This document shows, piece by piece, positions 1-13,100 of a DNA stretch of 64,000 nt (positions are counted from its first letter, which is position 1; every line of letters begins with the position of its first letter). The notes below the pieces were generated by a model that saw only the letters and a program-made list of their open reading frames with translations, did not search any database and was not told the origin of the DNA. Made by a program: the position numbers and the translations under genes. The stretch is from Utricularia gibba (taxonomy: Eukaryota; Plantae; Magnoliophyta), in assembly GCA_002189035.1 (NCBI GenBank), contig NEEC01000027.1, positions 620,001 through 684,000 of the forward strand. Direction: 5' to 3'.

Positions 1-3000
1 CATCGTCGGACGACAAAGCTTCCAACACGGAAGATGACCGGCTCAGAATGAGATTTAAAACGTCATGCTGTGCGCAGCGTCACTCATCACGGTTTGCAAG
101 ATATTGCAAGATATTGAACGCGGCACGAAGCATGCATCAGTTGTGCGTATGAACACACCCGTGGCATTGTAAGGGATCACCTCAAAAATGAAAATTTCAC
201 ACCTTCCAATGAAATCCATATGTTTTACAAACGAGAAATCACATTCGCGTCGAATCGGAAGCCCCGAGTCGAATTATCGCGAACGTCATGGCAACTTTGT
301 GGCACAATTGAAGGCTAATATAAGGAAATAATTCGAGCTCTGATAAATCGTCGGACGACGAAGCTTCCATCACGGATGATGACCGCCTCAGAATGAGCTT
401 CGAAACGGTGTGTCGTGCGCAACGCGGGTAATCACGGTTTTGAAGATATCGACAAGATATTGAACGAGGCACGAGGCATGCATCAGGTGTGCGTAAGAAC
501 ACACCCGTGGCATTGTAAGGGATCGCCTCGAAAACGAAAATTTCACACCTTCCAATGAAATCCATATGTCTTGATGCGAAAATCACATTCACGTCGAATC
601 GGAAGTCCCGAGTCGCATCGTCGCGAACGTCGTGGCCAATTTGGGGCACAATTGAAGGCTAAATACGACAATAATTCGAGCTCTGATACATCGTCGGATG
701 ACAAAGCTTCCAACACGGAAGATGACCGCCTCCGAATGAGCTTCGAAACGGTGTGTCGTGCGCAACGCGGTAATCACGGTTTTGAAGATATCGACAAAAT
801 ACGGAATGGTGCACGAGGTCTACATCAGGTGTGGGTTGGAAACACCCGTGGCATTGTAAGGGATCGCCTCGAAAACGAAAATTTCACACCTTCCCAATGT
901 ATGCATGCGCGAAATCCCATTCCTGTCGAATCGGAAGTCCCGAGTCAAACCATCGCGAACGTCGTGGCCACTTTGTGGCACAATTGAAGGCTAATAGAAG
1001 GCAATAATTCGAGCTCTGATACATTGTCGGACGACAAAGCTTCCAACACGGAAGATGACCGGCTCAGAATGAGCTTTGAAACGGTATCCTGTGCGTAGCG
1101 TGACTCATCACGGTTTGCAAGATATCGACAAGATATTGAACGAGGCACGAGGCATGCATCATGTGTGCGTAGGAACACACCCGTGGCATTGTAAGGGATC
1201 GCGTCGAAAACAAAAATTTCACACCTTCCAATGAAATGCATATGCTTTGCATGCGAGAAATCCCATTCCTGTCGAATCGGAAGTCCCGAGTCACACCATC
1301 GCGAACGTCGTGGCCACTTTGTGGCACAATTGAAGGCTAATAGAAGGCAATAATTAGAGCTCTGATACATCGTCGGATTACGAAGCTTCCAACACGGAAG
1401 ATGCTCGGCTAAGAATGAGCTTTGAAACGTCATGCGTGCGCAGCGTGACTCATCACGGTTTGCAAGATATCGACAAGATATTGAACGAGGCACGAGGCAT
1501 GCATCAGGTGTGCGTAAGAACACACCCGTGCATTGTAAGGGATCGCCTCGAAAACGAAAATTTCACACCTTCCAATGAAATGCATGCGCGAAATCCCATT
1601 CCTGTCGAATCGGAAGTCCCGAGTCAAACCATCGCGAACGTCGTGGCCACTTTGTGGCACAATTGAAGGCTAATAGAAGGCAATAATTCGAGCTCTGATA
1701 CATTGTCGGACGACAAAGCTTCCAACACGGAAGATGACCGGCTCAGAATGAGCTTTGAAACGGTATCCTGTGCGTAGCGTGACTCATCACGGTTTGCAAG
1801 ATATCGACAAGATATTGAACGAGGCACGAGGCATGCATCATGTGTGCGTAGGAACACACCCGTGGCATTGTAAGGGATCGCGTCGAAAACGAAAATTTCA
1901 CACCTTCCAATGAAATGCATATGTTTTGCATGCGAGAAATCACATTCGCATCGAATCGGAAGTCCCGAGTCGCATCGTCGCGAACGTCGTGGCCAATTTG
2001 GGGCACAATTGAAGGCTAAAATACGGCAATAATTCGAGCTCTGATACATCGTCGGACGACAAAGCTTCCAACACGGAAGATGACCGGCTCAGAATGAGAT
2101 TTAAAACGTCATGCTGTGCGCAGCGTGACTCATCACGGTTTGCAAGATATTGCAAGATATTGAACGCGGCACGAAGCATGCATCAGTTGTGCGTATGAAC
2201 ACACCCGTGGCATTGTAAGGGATCACCTCAAAAATGAAAATTTCACACCTTCCAATGAAATCCATATGTTTTACAAACGAGAAATCACATTCGCGTCGAA
2301 TCGGAAGCCCCGAGTCGAATTATCGCGAACGTCATGGCAACTTTGTGGCACAATTGAAGGCTAATATAAGGAAATAATTCGAGCTCTGATAAATCGTCGG
2401 ACGACGAAGCTTCCATCACGGATGATGACCGCCTCGGAATGAGCTTCGAAACGGTGTGTCGTGCGCAACGCGGGTAATCACGGTTTTGAAGATATCGACA
2501 AAATACGGAATGGTGCACGAGGTCTACATCAGGTGTGGGTTGGAAAACACCCGTGGCATTGTAAGGGATCGCCTCGAAAACGAAAATTTCACACCTTCCA
2601 ATGAAATGCATATGTATTGCATGCGCGAAATCCCATTCCTGTCGAATCGGAAGTCCCGAGTCAAACCATCGCGAACGTCGTGGCCACTTTGTGGCACAAT
2701 TGAAGGCTAATAGAAGGCAATAATTCGAGCTCTGATACATTGTCGGACGACAAAGCTTCCAACACGGAAGATGACCGGCTCAGAATGAGCTTTGAAACGG
2801 TATCCTGTGCGTAGCGTGACTTATCACGGTTTGCAAGATATCGACAAGATATTGAACGAGGCACGAGGCATGCATCATGTGTGCGTAGGAACACACCCGT
2901 GGCATTGTAAGGGATCGCGTCGAAAACAAAAATTTCACACCTTCCAATGAAATGCATATGCTTTGCATGCGAGAAATCCCATTCCTGTCGAATCGGAAGT

Positions 3001-3349
3001 CCCGAGTCACACCATCGCGAACGTCGTGGCCACTTTGTGGCACAATTGAAGGCTAATAGAAGGCAATAATTAGAGCTCTGATACATCGTCGGATTACGAA
3101 GCTTCCAACACGGAAGATGCTCGGCTAAGAATGAGCTTTGAAACGTCATGCCGTGCGCAGCGTGACTCATCACGGTTTGCAAGATATCGACAAGATATTG
3201 AACGAGGCACGAGGCATGCATCAGGTGTGCGTAAGAACACACCCGTGCATTGTAAGGGATCGCCTCGAAAACGAAAATTTCACACCTTCCAATGAAATGC
3301 ATATGTTTTGCATGCGAGAAATCCCATTCCGTCGAATCGGAAGTCCCGA

Positions 3350-3540
3350 GTCTCGCGACGTCGTGGCCACTTTGTGGCACAATTGAGGCACGGTTTTCGT
3401 TGTGGCACAAATACAGAATGGTTTGCATGAAGATATCGACAAAATTGAAATGCATATGGCATGCGACCCAAATCGGTCTTCAACACGTGGTTGATAAGAC
3501 CGAGCTCTGAGAACAAAGCTGAAGAATTTGAAAACGGTAT
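3350..3540. other. Scrambled, low-quality patch made of out-of-order satellite fragments
   Basis: Short monomer k-mers (cacggtttt, aaatacagaatgg, aagatatcgacaaaa, gaaatgcatatg, gagctctga) are joined out of register. SacI spacings of 429 and 308 bp flank the patch. Confidence 0.7.
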
Positions 3541-6500
3541 CCTGTGCGTAGCGTGACTTATCACGGTTTGCAAGATATCGACAAGATATTGAACGAGGCA
3601 CGAGGCATGCATCATGTGTGCGTAGGAACACACCCGTGGCATTGTAAGGGATCGCGTCGAAAACAAAAATTTCACACCTTCCAATGAAATGCATATGCTT
3701 TGCATGCGAGAAATCCCATTCCTGTCGAATCGGAAGTCCCGAGTCACACCATCGCGAACGTCGTGGCCACTTTGTGGCACAATTGAAGGCTAATAGAAGG
3801 CAATAATTAGAGCTCTGATACATCGTCGGATTACGAAGCTTCCAACACGGAAGATGCTCGGCTAAGAATGAGCTTTGAAACGTCATGCCGTGCGCAGCGT
3901 GACTCATCACGGTTTGCAAGATATCGACAAGATATTGAACGAGGCACGAGGCATGCATCAGGTGTGCGTAAGAACACACCCGTCGCATTGTAAGGGATCG
4001 CCTCGAAAACGAAAATTTCACACCTTCCAATGAAATGCATATGTATTGCATGCGCGAAATCCCATTCCTGTCGAATCGGAAGTCCCGAGTCAAAGCATCG
4101 CGAACGTCGTGGCCACTTTGTGGCACAATTGAAGGCTAATAGAAGGCAATAATTCGAGCTCTGATACATTGTCGGACGACAAAGCTTCCAACACGGAAGA
4201 TGACCGGCTTAGAATGAGCTTTGAAACGGTATCCTGTGCGTAGCGTGACTTATCACGGTTTGCAAGATATCGACAAGATATTGAACGAGGCACGAGGCAT
4301 GCATCATGTGTGCGTAGGAACACACCCGTGGCATTGTAAGGGATCGCGTCGAAAACGAAAATTTCACACCTTCCAATGAAATGCATATGTTTTGCATGCG
4401 AGAAATCACATTCGCATCGAATCGGAAGTCCCGAGTCGCATCGTCGCGAACGTCGTGGCCAATTTGGGGCACAATTGAAGGCTAAATAGGCAATAATTCG
4501 AGCTCTGATACATCGTCGGACGACAAAGCTTCCAACACGGAAGATGACCGGCTCAGAATGAGATTTAAAACGTCATGCTGTGCGCAGCGTGACTCATCAC
4601 GGTTTGCAAGATATTGCAAGATATTGAACGCGGCACGAAGCATGCATCAGTTGTGCGTATGAACACACCCGTGGCATTGTAAGGGATCACCTCAAAAATG
4701 AAAATTTCACACCTTCCAATGAAATCCATATGTTTTACAAACGAGAAATCACATTCGCGTCGAATCGGAAGCCCCGAGTCGAATTATCGCGAACGTCATG
4801 GCAACTTTGTGGCACAATTGAAGGCTAATATAAGGAAATAATTCGAGCTCTGATAAATCGTCGGACGACGAAGCTTCCATCACGGATGATGACCGCCTCG
4901 GAATGAGCTTCGAAACGGTGTGTCGTGCGCAACGCGGTAATCACGGTCGAACAAAATACGGACACGAGGTCACATCAGCTTTGTAAGGGATCGCCTCGAA
5001 AACGAAAATTTCACACCTTCCAATGAAATGCATATGCGCGAAATCCCATTCCTGTCGAATCGGAAGTCCCGAGTCGCATCGCGAACGTCGTGGCCACTTT
5101 GTGGCACAATTGAAGGCTAATAGAAGGCAATAATTCGAGCTCTGATACATTGTCGTTCCAACACGGAAGATGACCGGCTTCCAGAATGAGCTTTGAAACG
5201 GTATCCTGTGCGTAGCGTGACTTATCACGGTTTGCAAGATATCGACAAGATATTGAACGAGGCACGAGGCATGCATCATGTGTGCGTAGGAACACACCCG
5301 TGGCATTGTAAGGGATCGCGGAAAACAAAAATTTCACACCTTCCAATGAAATGCATATGCTTTGCATGCGAGAAATCCCATTCCTGTCGAATCGGAAGTC
5401 CCGAGTCACACCATCGCGAACGTCGTGGCCACTTTGTGGCACAATTGAAGGCTAATAGAAGGCAATAATTAGAGCTCTGATACATCGTCGGATTACGAAG
5501 CTTCCAACACGGAAGATGCTCGGCTAAGAATGAGCTTTGAAACGTCATGCCGTGCGCAGCGTGACTCATCACGGTTTGCAAGATATCGACAAGATATTGA
5601 ACGAGGCACGAGGCATGCATCAGGTGTGCGTAAGAACACACCCGTCGCATTGTAAGGGATCGCCTCGAAAACGAAAATTTCACACCTTCCAATGAAATGC
5701 ATATGTTTGCATGCGGAAATCGTCGAATCGGAAGTCCCGAGTCGCATCGCGAACGTCGTGGCCACTTTGTGGCACAATTGAAGGCTAATAGAAGGCAATA
5801 ATTCGAGCTCTGATACAACGACAAAGCTTGGAAGATGACCGGCTCAGAATGAGCTAAACGGTATCCTGTGCGTAGCGTGACTCATCACGGTTTGCAAGAT
5901 ATCGACAAGATATTGAACGAGGCACGAGGCATGCATCACGTAGAACACACCCGTGGCGTAAGGGATCGCGTCGAAAACGAAAATTTCACACCTTCCAATG
6001 AAATGCATATGTTTTGCATGCGAGAAATCACATTCGCATCGAATCGGAAGTCCCGAGTCGCATCGTCGCGAACGTCGTGGCCAATTTGGGGCACAATTGA
6101 AGGCTAAAATACGGCAATAATTCGAGCTCTGATACATCGTCGGACGACAAAGCTTCCAACACGGAAGATGACCGGCTCAGAATGAGATTTAAAACGTCAT
6201 GCTGTGCGCAGCGTGACTCATCACGGTTTGCAAGATATTGCAAGATATTGAACGCGGCACGAAGCATGCATCAGTTGTGCGTATGAACACACCCGTGGCA
6301 TTGTAAGGGATCACCTCAAAAATGAAAATTTCACACCTTCCAATGAAATCCATATGTTTTACAAACGAGAAATCACATTCGCGTCGAATCGGAAGCCCCG
6401 AGTCGAATTATCGCGAACGTCATGGCAACTTTGTGGCACAATTGAAGGCTAATATAAGGAAATAATTCGAGCTCTGATAAATCGTCGGACGACGAAGCTT

Positions 6501-9500
6501 CCATCACGGATGATGACCGCCTCGGAATGAGCTTCGAAACGGTGTGTCGTGCGCAACGCGGGTAATCACGGTTTTGAAGATATCGACAAAATACGGAATG
6601 GTGCACGAGGTCTACATCAGGTGTGGTTGGAAAACACCCGTGGCATTGTAAGGGATCGCCTCGAAAACGAAAATTTCACACCTTCCAATGAAATCCATAT
6701 GTCTTGATAGCGAGAAATCACATTCACGTCGAATCGGAAGTCCCGAGTCGCATCGTCGCGAACGTCGTGGCCAATTTGGGGCACAATTGAAGGCTAACAT
6801 ACGACAATAATTCGAGCTCTGATACATCGTCGGATGACAAAGCTTCCAACACGGAAGATGACCGCCTCCGAATGAGCTTCGAAACGGTGTGTCGTGCGAC
6901 GTGGCTCATCACGGTTTTCAAGATATCGGAATGGTGCACGAGGCATGCATCATGTGTGCGTAAGAACACACCCGTGGCATTGTAAGGGATCGCCTCGAAA
7001 ACGAAAATTTCACACCTTCCAATGAAATGCATATGCATGCGAAATCCCATTCCTGTCGAATCGGAAGTCCCGAGTCAAACCATCGAACGTCGTGGCCACT
7101 TTGTGGCACAATTGAAGGCTAATAGAAGGCAATAATTCGAGCTCTGATACATTGTCGGACGACAAAGCTTCCAACACGGAAGATGACCGGCTCAGAATGA
7201 GCTTTGAAACGGTATCCTGTGCGTAGCGTGACTTATCACGGTTTGCAAGATATCGACAAGATATTGAACGAGGCACGAGGCATGCATCATGTGTGCGTAG
7301 GAACACACCCGTGGCATTGTAAGGGATCGCGTCGAAAACAAAAATTTCACACCTTCCAATGAAATGCATATGCTTTGCATGCGAGAAATCCCATTCCTGT
7401 CGAATCGGAAGTCCCGAGTCACACCATCGCGAACGTCGTGGCCACTTTGTGGCACAATTGAAGGCTAATAGAAGGCAATAATTAGAGCTCTGATACATCG
7501 TCGGATTACGAAGCTTCCAACACGGAAGATGCTCGGCTAAGAATGAGCTTTGAAACGTCATGCCGTGCGCAGCGTGACTCATCACGGTTTGCAAGATATC
7601 GACAAGATATTGAACGAGGCACGAGGCATGCATCAGGTGTGCGTAAGAACACACCCGTGCATTGTAAGGGATCGCCTCGAAAACGAAAATTTCACACCTT
7701 CCAATGAAATGCATATGTATTGCATGCGAGAAATCCCATTCCTGTCGAATCGGAAGTCCCGAGTCAATCATCGCGAACGTCGTGGCCACTTTGTGGCACA
7801 ATTGAAGGCTAATAGAAGGCAATAATTCGAGCTCTGATACATTTTCGGACGACAAAGCTTCCAACACGGAAGATGACCGGCGAATGAGCTTTGAAACGGT
7901 ATCCTGTGCGTAGCGTGACTCATCACGGTTTGCAAGATATCGACAAGATATTGAACGAGGCACGAGGCATGCATCATGTGTGCGTAGGAACACACCCGTG
8001 GCATTGTAAGGGATCGCGTCGAAAACGAAAATTTCACACCTTCCAATGAAATGCATATGTTTTGCATGCGAGAAATCACATTCGCATCGAATCGGAAGTC
8101 CCGAGTCGCATCGTCGCGAACGTCGTGGCCAATTTGGGGCACAATTGAAGGCTAAAATACGGCAATAATTCGAGCTCTGATACATCGTCGGACGACAAAG
8201 CTTCCAACACGGAAGATGACCGGCTCAGAATGAGATTTAAAACGTCATGCTGTGCGCAGCGTGACTCATCACGGTTTGCAAGATATTGCAAGATATTGAA
8301 CGCGGCACGAAGCATGCATCAGTTGTGCGTATGAACACACCCGTGGCATTGTAAGGGATCACCTCAAAAATGAAAATTTCACACCTTCCAATGAAATCCA
8401 TATGTTTTACAAACGAGAAATCACATTCGCGTCGAATCGGAAGCCCCGAGTCGAATTATCGCGAACGTCATGGCAACTTTGTGGCACAATTGAAGGCTAA
8501 TATAAAAATAATTCGAGCTCTGATAAATCGTCGGACGACGAAGCTTCCATCACGGATGATGACCGCCTCGGAATGAGCTTCGAAACGGTGTGTCGTGCGC
8601 AACGCGGGTAATCACGGTTTTGAAGATATCGACAAAATACGGAATGGGCACGAGGCTACATCAGGTGTGCGTAAGAAAACACCCGTGGCATTGTAAGGGA
8701 TCGCCTCGAAAACGAAAATTTCACACCTTCCAATGAAATGCATATGTATTGCATGCGCGAAATCCATTCCTGTCGAATCGGAAGTCCCGAGTTCGCGAAC
8801 GTCGGGCCACTTTGTGGCACAATTGAAGGCTAATAGAAGGCAATAATTCGAGCTCTGATACATTGTCGGACGACAAAGCTTCCAACACGGAAGATGACCG
8901 CCTTCGAATGAGCTTCATGAAACGTGGCATGTCGTTTAATCACGAAGATATCGACAAATATAACGGACGATGACATCAGGTGTGGGAACGTAGGTAAGGG
9001 ATCGCCTCGAAAACGAAAATTTCACACCTTCCAATGAAATGCATATGTATTGCATGCGAGAAATCCCATTCCTGTCGAATCGGAAGTCCCGAGTCAGCAT
9101 CGCGAACGTCGTGGCCACTTTGTGGCACAATTGAAGGCTAATAGAAGGCAATAATTCGAGCTCTGATACATTGTCGGACGACAAAGCTTCCAACACGGAA
9201 GATGACCGGCTTAGAATGAGCTTTGAAACGGTATCCTGTGCGTAGCGTGACTCATCACGGTTTGCAAGATATCGACAAGATATTGAACGAGGCACGAGGC
9301 ATGCATCATGTGTGCGTAGGAACACACCCGTGCATTGTAAGGGATCGCCTCGAAAACGAAAATTTCACACCTTCCAATGAAATGCATATGTTTTGCATGC
9401 GAGAAATCACATTCGCATCGAATCGGAAGTCCCGAGTCGCATCGTCGCGAACGTCGTGGCCAATTTGGGGCACAATTGAAGGCTAAAATACGGCAATAAT

Positions 9501-10194
9501 TCGAGCTCTGATACATCGTCGGACGACAAAGCTTCCAACACGGAAGATGACCGGCTCAGAATGAGATTTAAAACGTCATGCTGTGCGCAGCGTGACTCAT
9601 CACGGTTTGCAAGATATTGCAAGATATTGAACGCGGCACGAAGCATGCATCAGTTGTGCGTATGAACACACCCGTGGCATTGTAAGGGATCACCTCAAAA
9701 ATGAAAATTTCACACCTTCCAATGAAATCCATATGTTTTACAAACGAGAAATCACATTCGCGTCGAATCGGAAGCCCGAGTCGAATTATCGCGAACGTCA
9801 TGGCAACTTTGTGGCACAATTGAAGGCTAATATAAGGAAATAATTCGAGCTCTGATAAATCGTCGGACGACGAAGCTTCCATCACGGATGATGACCGCCT
9901 CGGAATGAGCTTCGAAACGGTGTGTCGTGCGCAACGCGGGTAATCACGGTTTGAAGATATCGACAAAATACGGAATGGTGCACGAGGCTACATCAGGTGT
10001 GGGTTGGAAAACACCCGTGGCATTGTCGAAGGGATCGCCTCGAAAACGAAAATTTCACACCTTCCAATGAAATGCATATGGCGCATGCACGCGAAATCCC
10101 ATTCACTGTGCGCATCGGAAGTCCCGAGTCAAACCATCGCGAACGTCGTGGCCACTTTGTGGCACAATTGAAGGCTAATAGAAGGCAATAATTC

Positions 10195-13100
10195 GAGCTC
10201 TGATACATTGTCGGACGACAAAGCTTCCAACACGGAAGATGACCGGCTTAGAATGAGCTTTGAAACGGTATCCTGTGCGTAGCGTGACTTATCACGGTTT
10301 GCAAGATATCGACAAGATATTGAACGAGGCACGAGGCATGCATCATGTGTGCGTAGGAACACACCCGTGGCATTGTAAGGGATCGCGTCGAAAACAAAAA
10401 TTTCACACCTTCCAATGAAATGCATATGCTTTGCATGCGAGAAATCCCATTCCTGTCGAATCGGAAGTCCCGAGTCACACCATCGCGAACGTCGTGGCCA
10501 CTTTGTGGCACAATTGAAGGCTAATAGAAGGCAATAATTAGAGCTCTGATACATCGTCGGATTACGAAGCTTCCAACACGGAAGATGCTCGGCTAAGAAT
10601 GAGCTTTGAAACGTCATGCCGTGCGCAGCGTGACTCATCACGGTTTGCAAGATATCGACAAGATATTGAACGAGGCACGAGGCATGCATCAGGTGTGCGT
10701 AAGAACACACCCGTCGCATTGTAAGGGATCGCCTCGAAAACGAAAATTTCACACCTTCCAATGAAATGCATATGTATTGCATGCGAGAAATCCCATTCCT
10801 GTCGAATCGGAAGTCCCGAGTCAAAGCATCGCGAACGTCGTGGCCACTTTGTGGCACAATTGAAGGCTAATAGAAGGCAATAATTCGAGCTCTGATACAT
10901 TGTCGGACGACAAAGCTTCCAACACGGAAGATGACCGGCTTAGAATGAGCTTTGAAACGGTATCCTGTGCGTAGCGTGACTTATCACGGTTTGCAAGATA
11001 TCGACAAGATATTGAACGAGGCACGAGGCATGCATCATGTGTGCGTAGGAACACACCCGTGGCATTGTAAGGGATCGCGTCGAAAACGAAAATTTCACAC
11101 CTTCCAATGAAATGCATATGTTTTGCATGCGAGAAATCACATTCGCATCGAATCGGAAGTCCCGAGTCGCATCGTCGCGAACGTCGTGGCCAATTTGGGG
11201 CACAATTGAAGGCTAAAATACGGCAATAATTCGAGCTCTGATACATCGTCGGACGACAAAGCTTCCAACACGGAAGATGACCGGCTCAGAATGAGATTTA
11301 AAACGTCATGCTGTGCGCAGCGTGACTCATCACGGTTTGCAAGATATTGCAAGATATTGAACGCGGCACGAAGCATGCATCAGTTGTGCGTATGAACACA
11401 CCCGTGGCATTGTAAGGGATCACCTCAAAAATGAAAATTTCACACCTTCCAATGAAATCCATATGTTTTACAAACGAGAAATCACATTCGCGTCGAATCG
11501 GAAGCCCCGAGTCGAATTATCGCGAACGTCATGGCAACTTTGTGGCACAATTGAAGGCTAATATAAGGAAATAATTCGAGCTCTGATAAATCGTCGGACG
11601 ACGAAGCTTCCATCACGGATGATGACCGCCTCGGAATGAGCTTCGAAACGGTGTGTCGTGCGCAACGCGGTAATCACGGTTTTGAAGATATCGACAAAAT
11701 ACGGAATGGTGCACGAGGTCTACATCAGGTGTGGGTTGGAAAACACCCGTGGCATTGTAAGGGATCGCCTCGAAAACGAAAATTTCACACCTTCCAATGA
11801 AATGCATATGTATTGCATGCGCGAAATCCCATTCCTGTCGAATCGGAAGTCCCGAGTCAAACCATCGCGAACGTCGTGGCCACTTTGTGGCACAATTGAA
11901 GGCTAATAGAAGGCAATAATTCGAGCTCTGATACATTGTCGGACGACAAAGCTTCCAACACGGAAGATGACCGGCTTAGAATGAGCTTTGAAACGGTATC
12001 CTGTGCGTAGCGTGACTTATCACGGTTTGCAAGATATCGACAAGATATTGAACGAGGCACGAGGCATGCATCATGTGTGCGTAGGAACACACCCGTGGCA
12101 TTGTAAGGGATCGCGTCGAAAACAAAAATTTCACACCTTCCAATGAAATGCATATGCTTTGCATGCGAGAAATCCCATTCCTGTCGAATCGGAAGTCCCG
12201 AGTCACACCATCGCGAACGTCGTGGCCACTTTGTGGCACAATTGAAGGCTAATAGAAGGCAATAATTAGAGCTCTGATACATCGTCGGATTACGAAGCTT
12301 CCAACACGGAAGATGCTCGGCTAAGAATGAGCTTTGAAACGTCATGCCGTGCGCAGCGTGACTCATCACGGTTTGCAAGATATCGACAAGATATTGAACG
12401 AGGCACGAGGCATGCATCAGGTGTGCGTAAGAACACACCCGTAGCATTGTAAGGGATCGCCTCGAAAACGAAAATTTCACACCTTCCAATGAAATGCATA
12501 TGTATTGCATGCGAGAAATCCCATTCCTGTCGAATCGGAAGTCCCGAGTCACACCATCGCGAACGTCGTGGCCACTTTGTGGCACAATTGAAGGCTAATA
12601 GAAGGCAATAATTCGAGCTCTGATACATTGTCGGACGACAAAGCTTCCAACACGGAAGATGACCGGCTCAGAATGAGCTTTGAAACGGTATCCTGTGCGT
12701 AGCGTGACTCATCACGGTTTGCAAGATATCGACAAGATATTGAACGAGGCACGAGGCATGCATCATGTGTGCGTAGGAACACACCCGTGGCATTGTAAGG
12801 GATCGCGTCGAAAACGAAAATTTCACACCTTCCAATGAAATGCATATGTTTTGCATGCGAGAAATCACATTCGCATCGAATCGGAAGTCCCGAGTCGCAT
12901 CGTCGCGAACGTCGTGGCCAATTTGGGGCACAATTGAAGGCTAAAATACGGCAATAATTCGAGCTCTGATACATCGTCGGACGACAAAGCTTCCAACACG
13001 GAAGATGACCGGCTCAGAATGAGATTTAAAACGTCATGCTGTGCGCAGCGTGACTCATCACGGTTTGCAAGATATTGCAAGATATTGAACGCGGCACGAA

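Noticed and set aside
11923-12268. Restriction-modification or methylase-target array suggested by the many 6-bp palindromes (SacI, HindIII, EcoRV, SphI, NsiI, NruI, MscI, MfeI)
   Set aside because: The sites are of many different specificities and are lost freely in some monomer types. Nothing indicates a prokaryotic context, so I treat them only as dyad symmetry.
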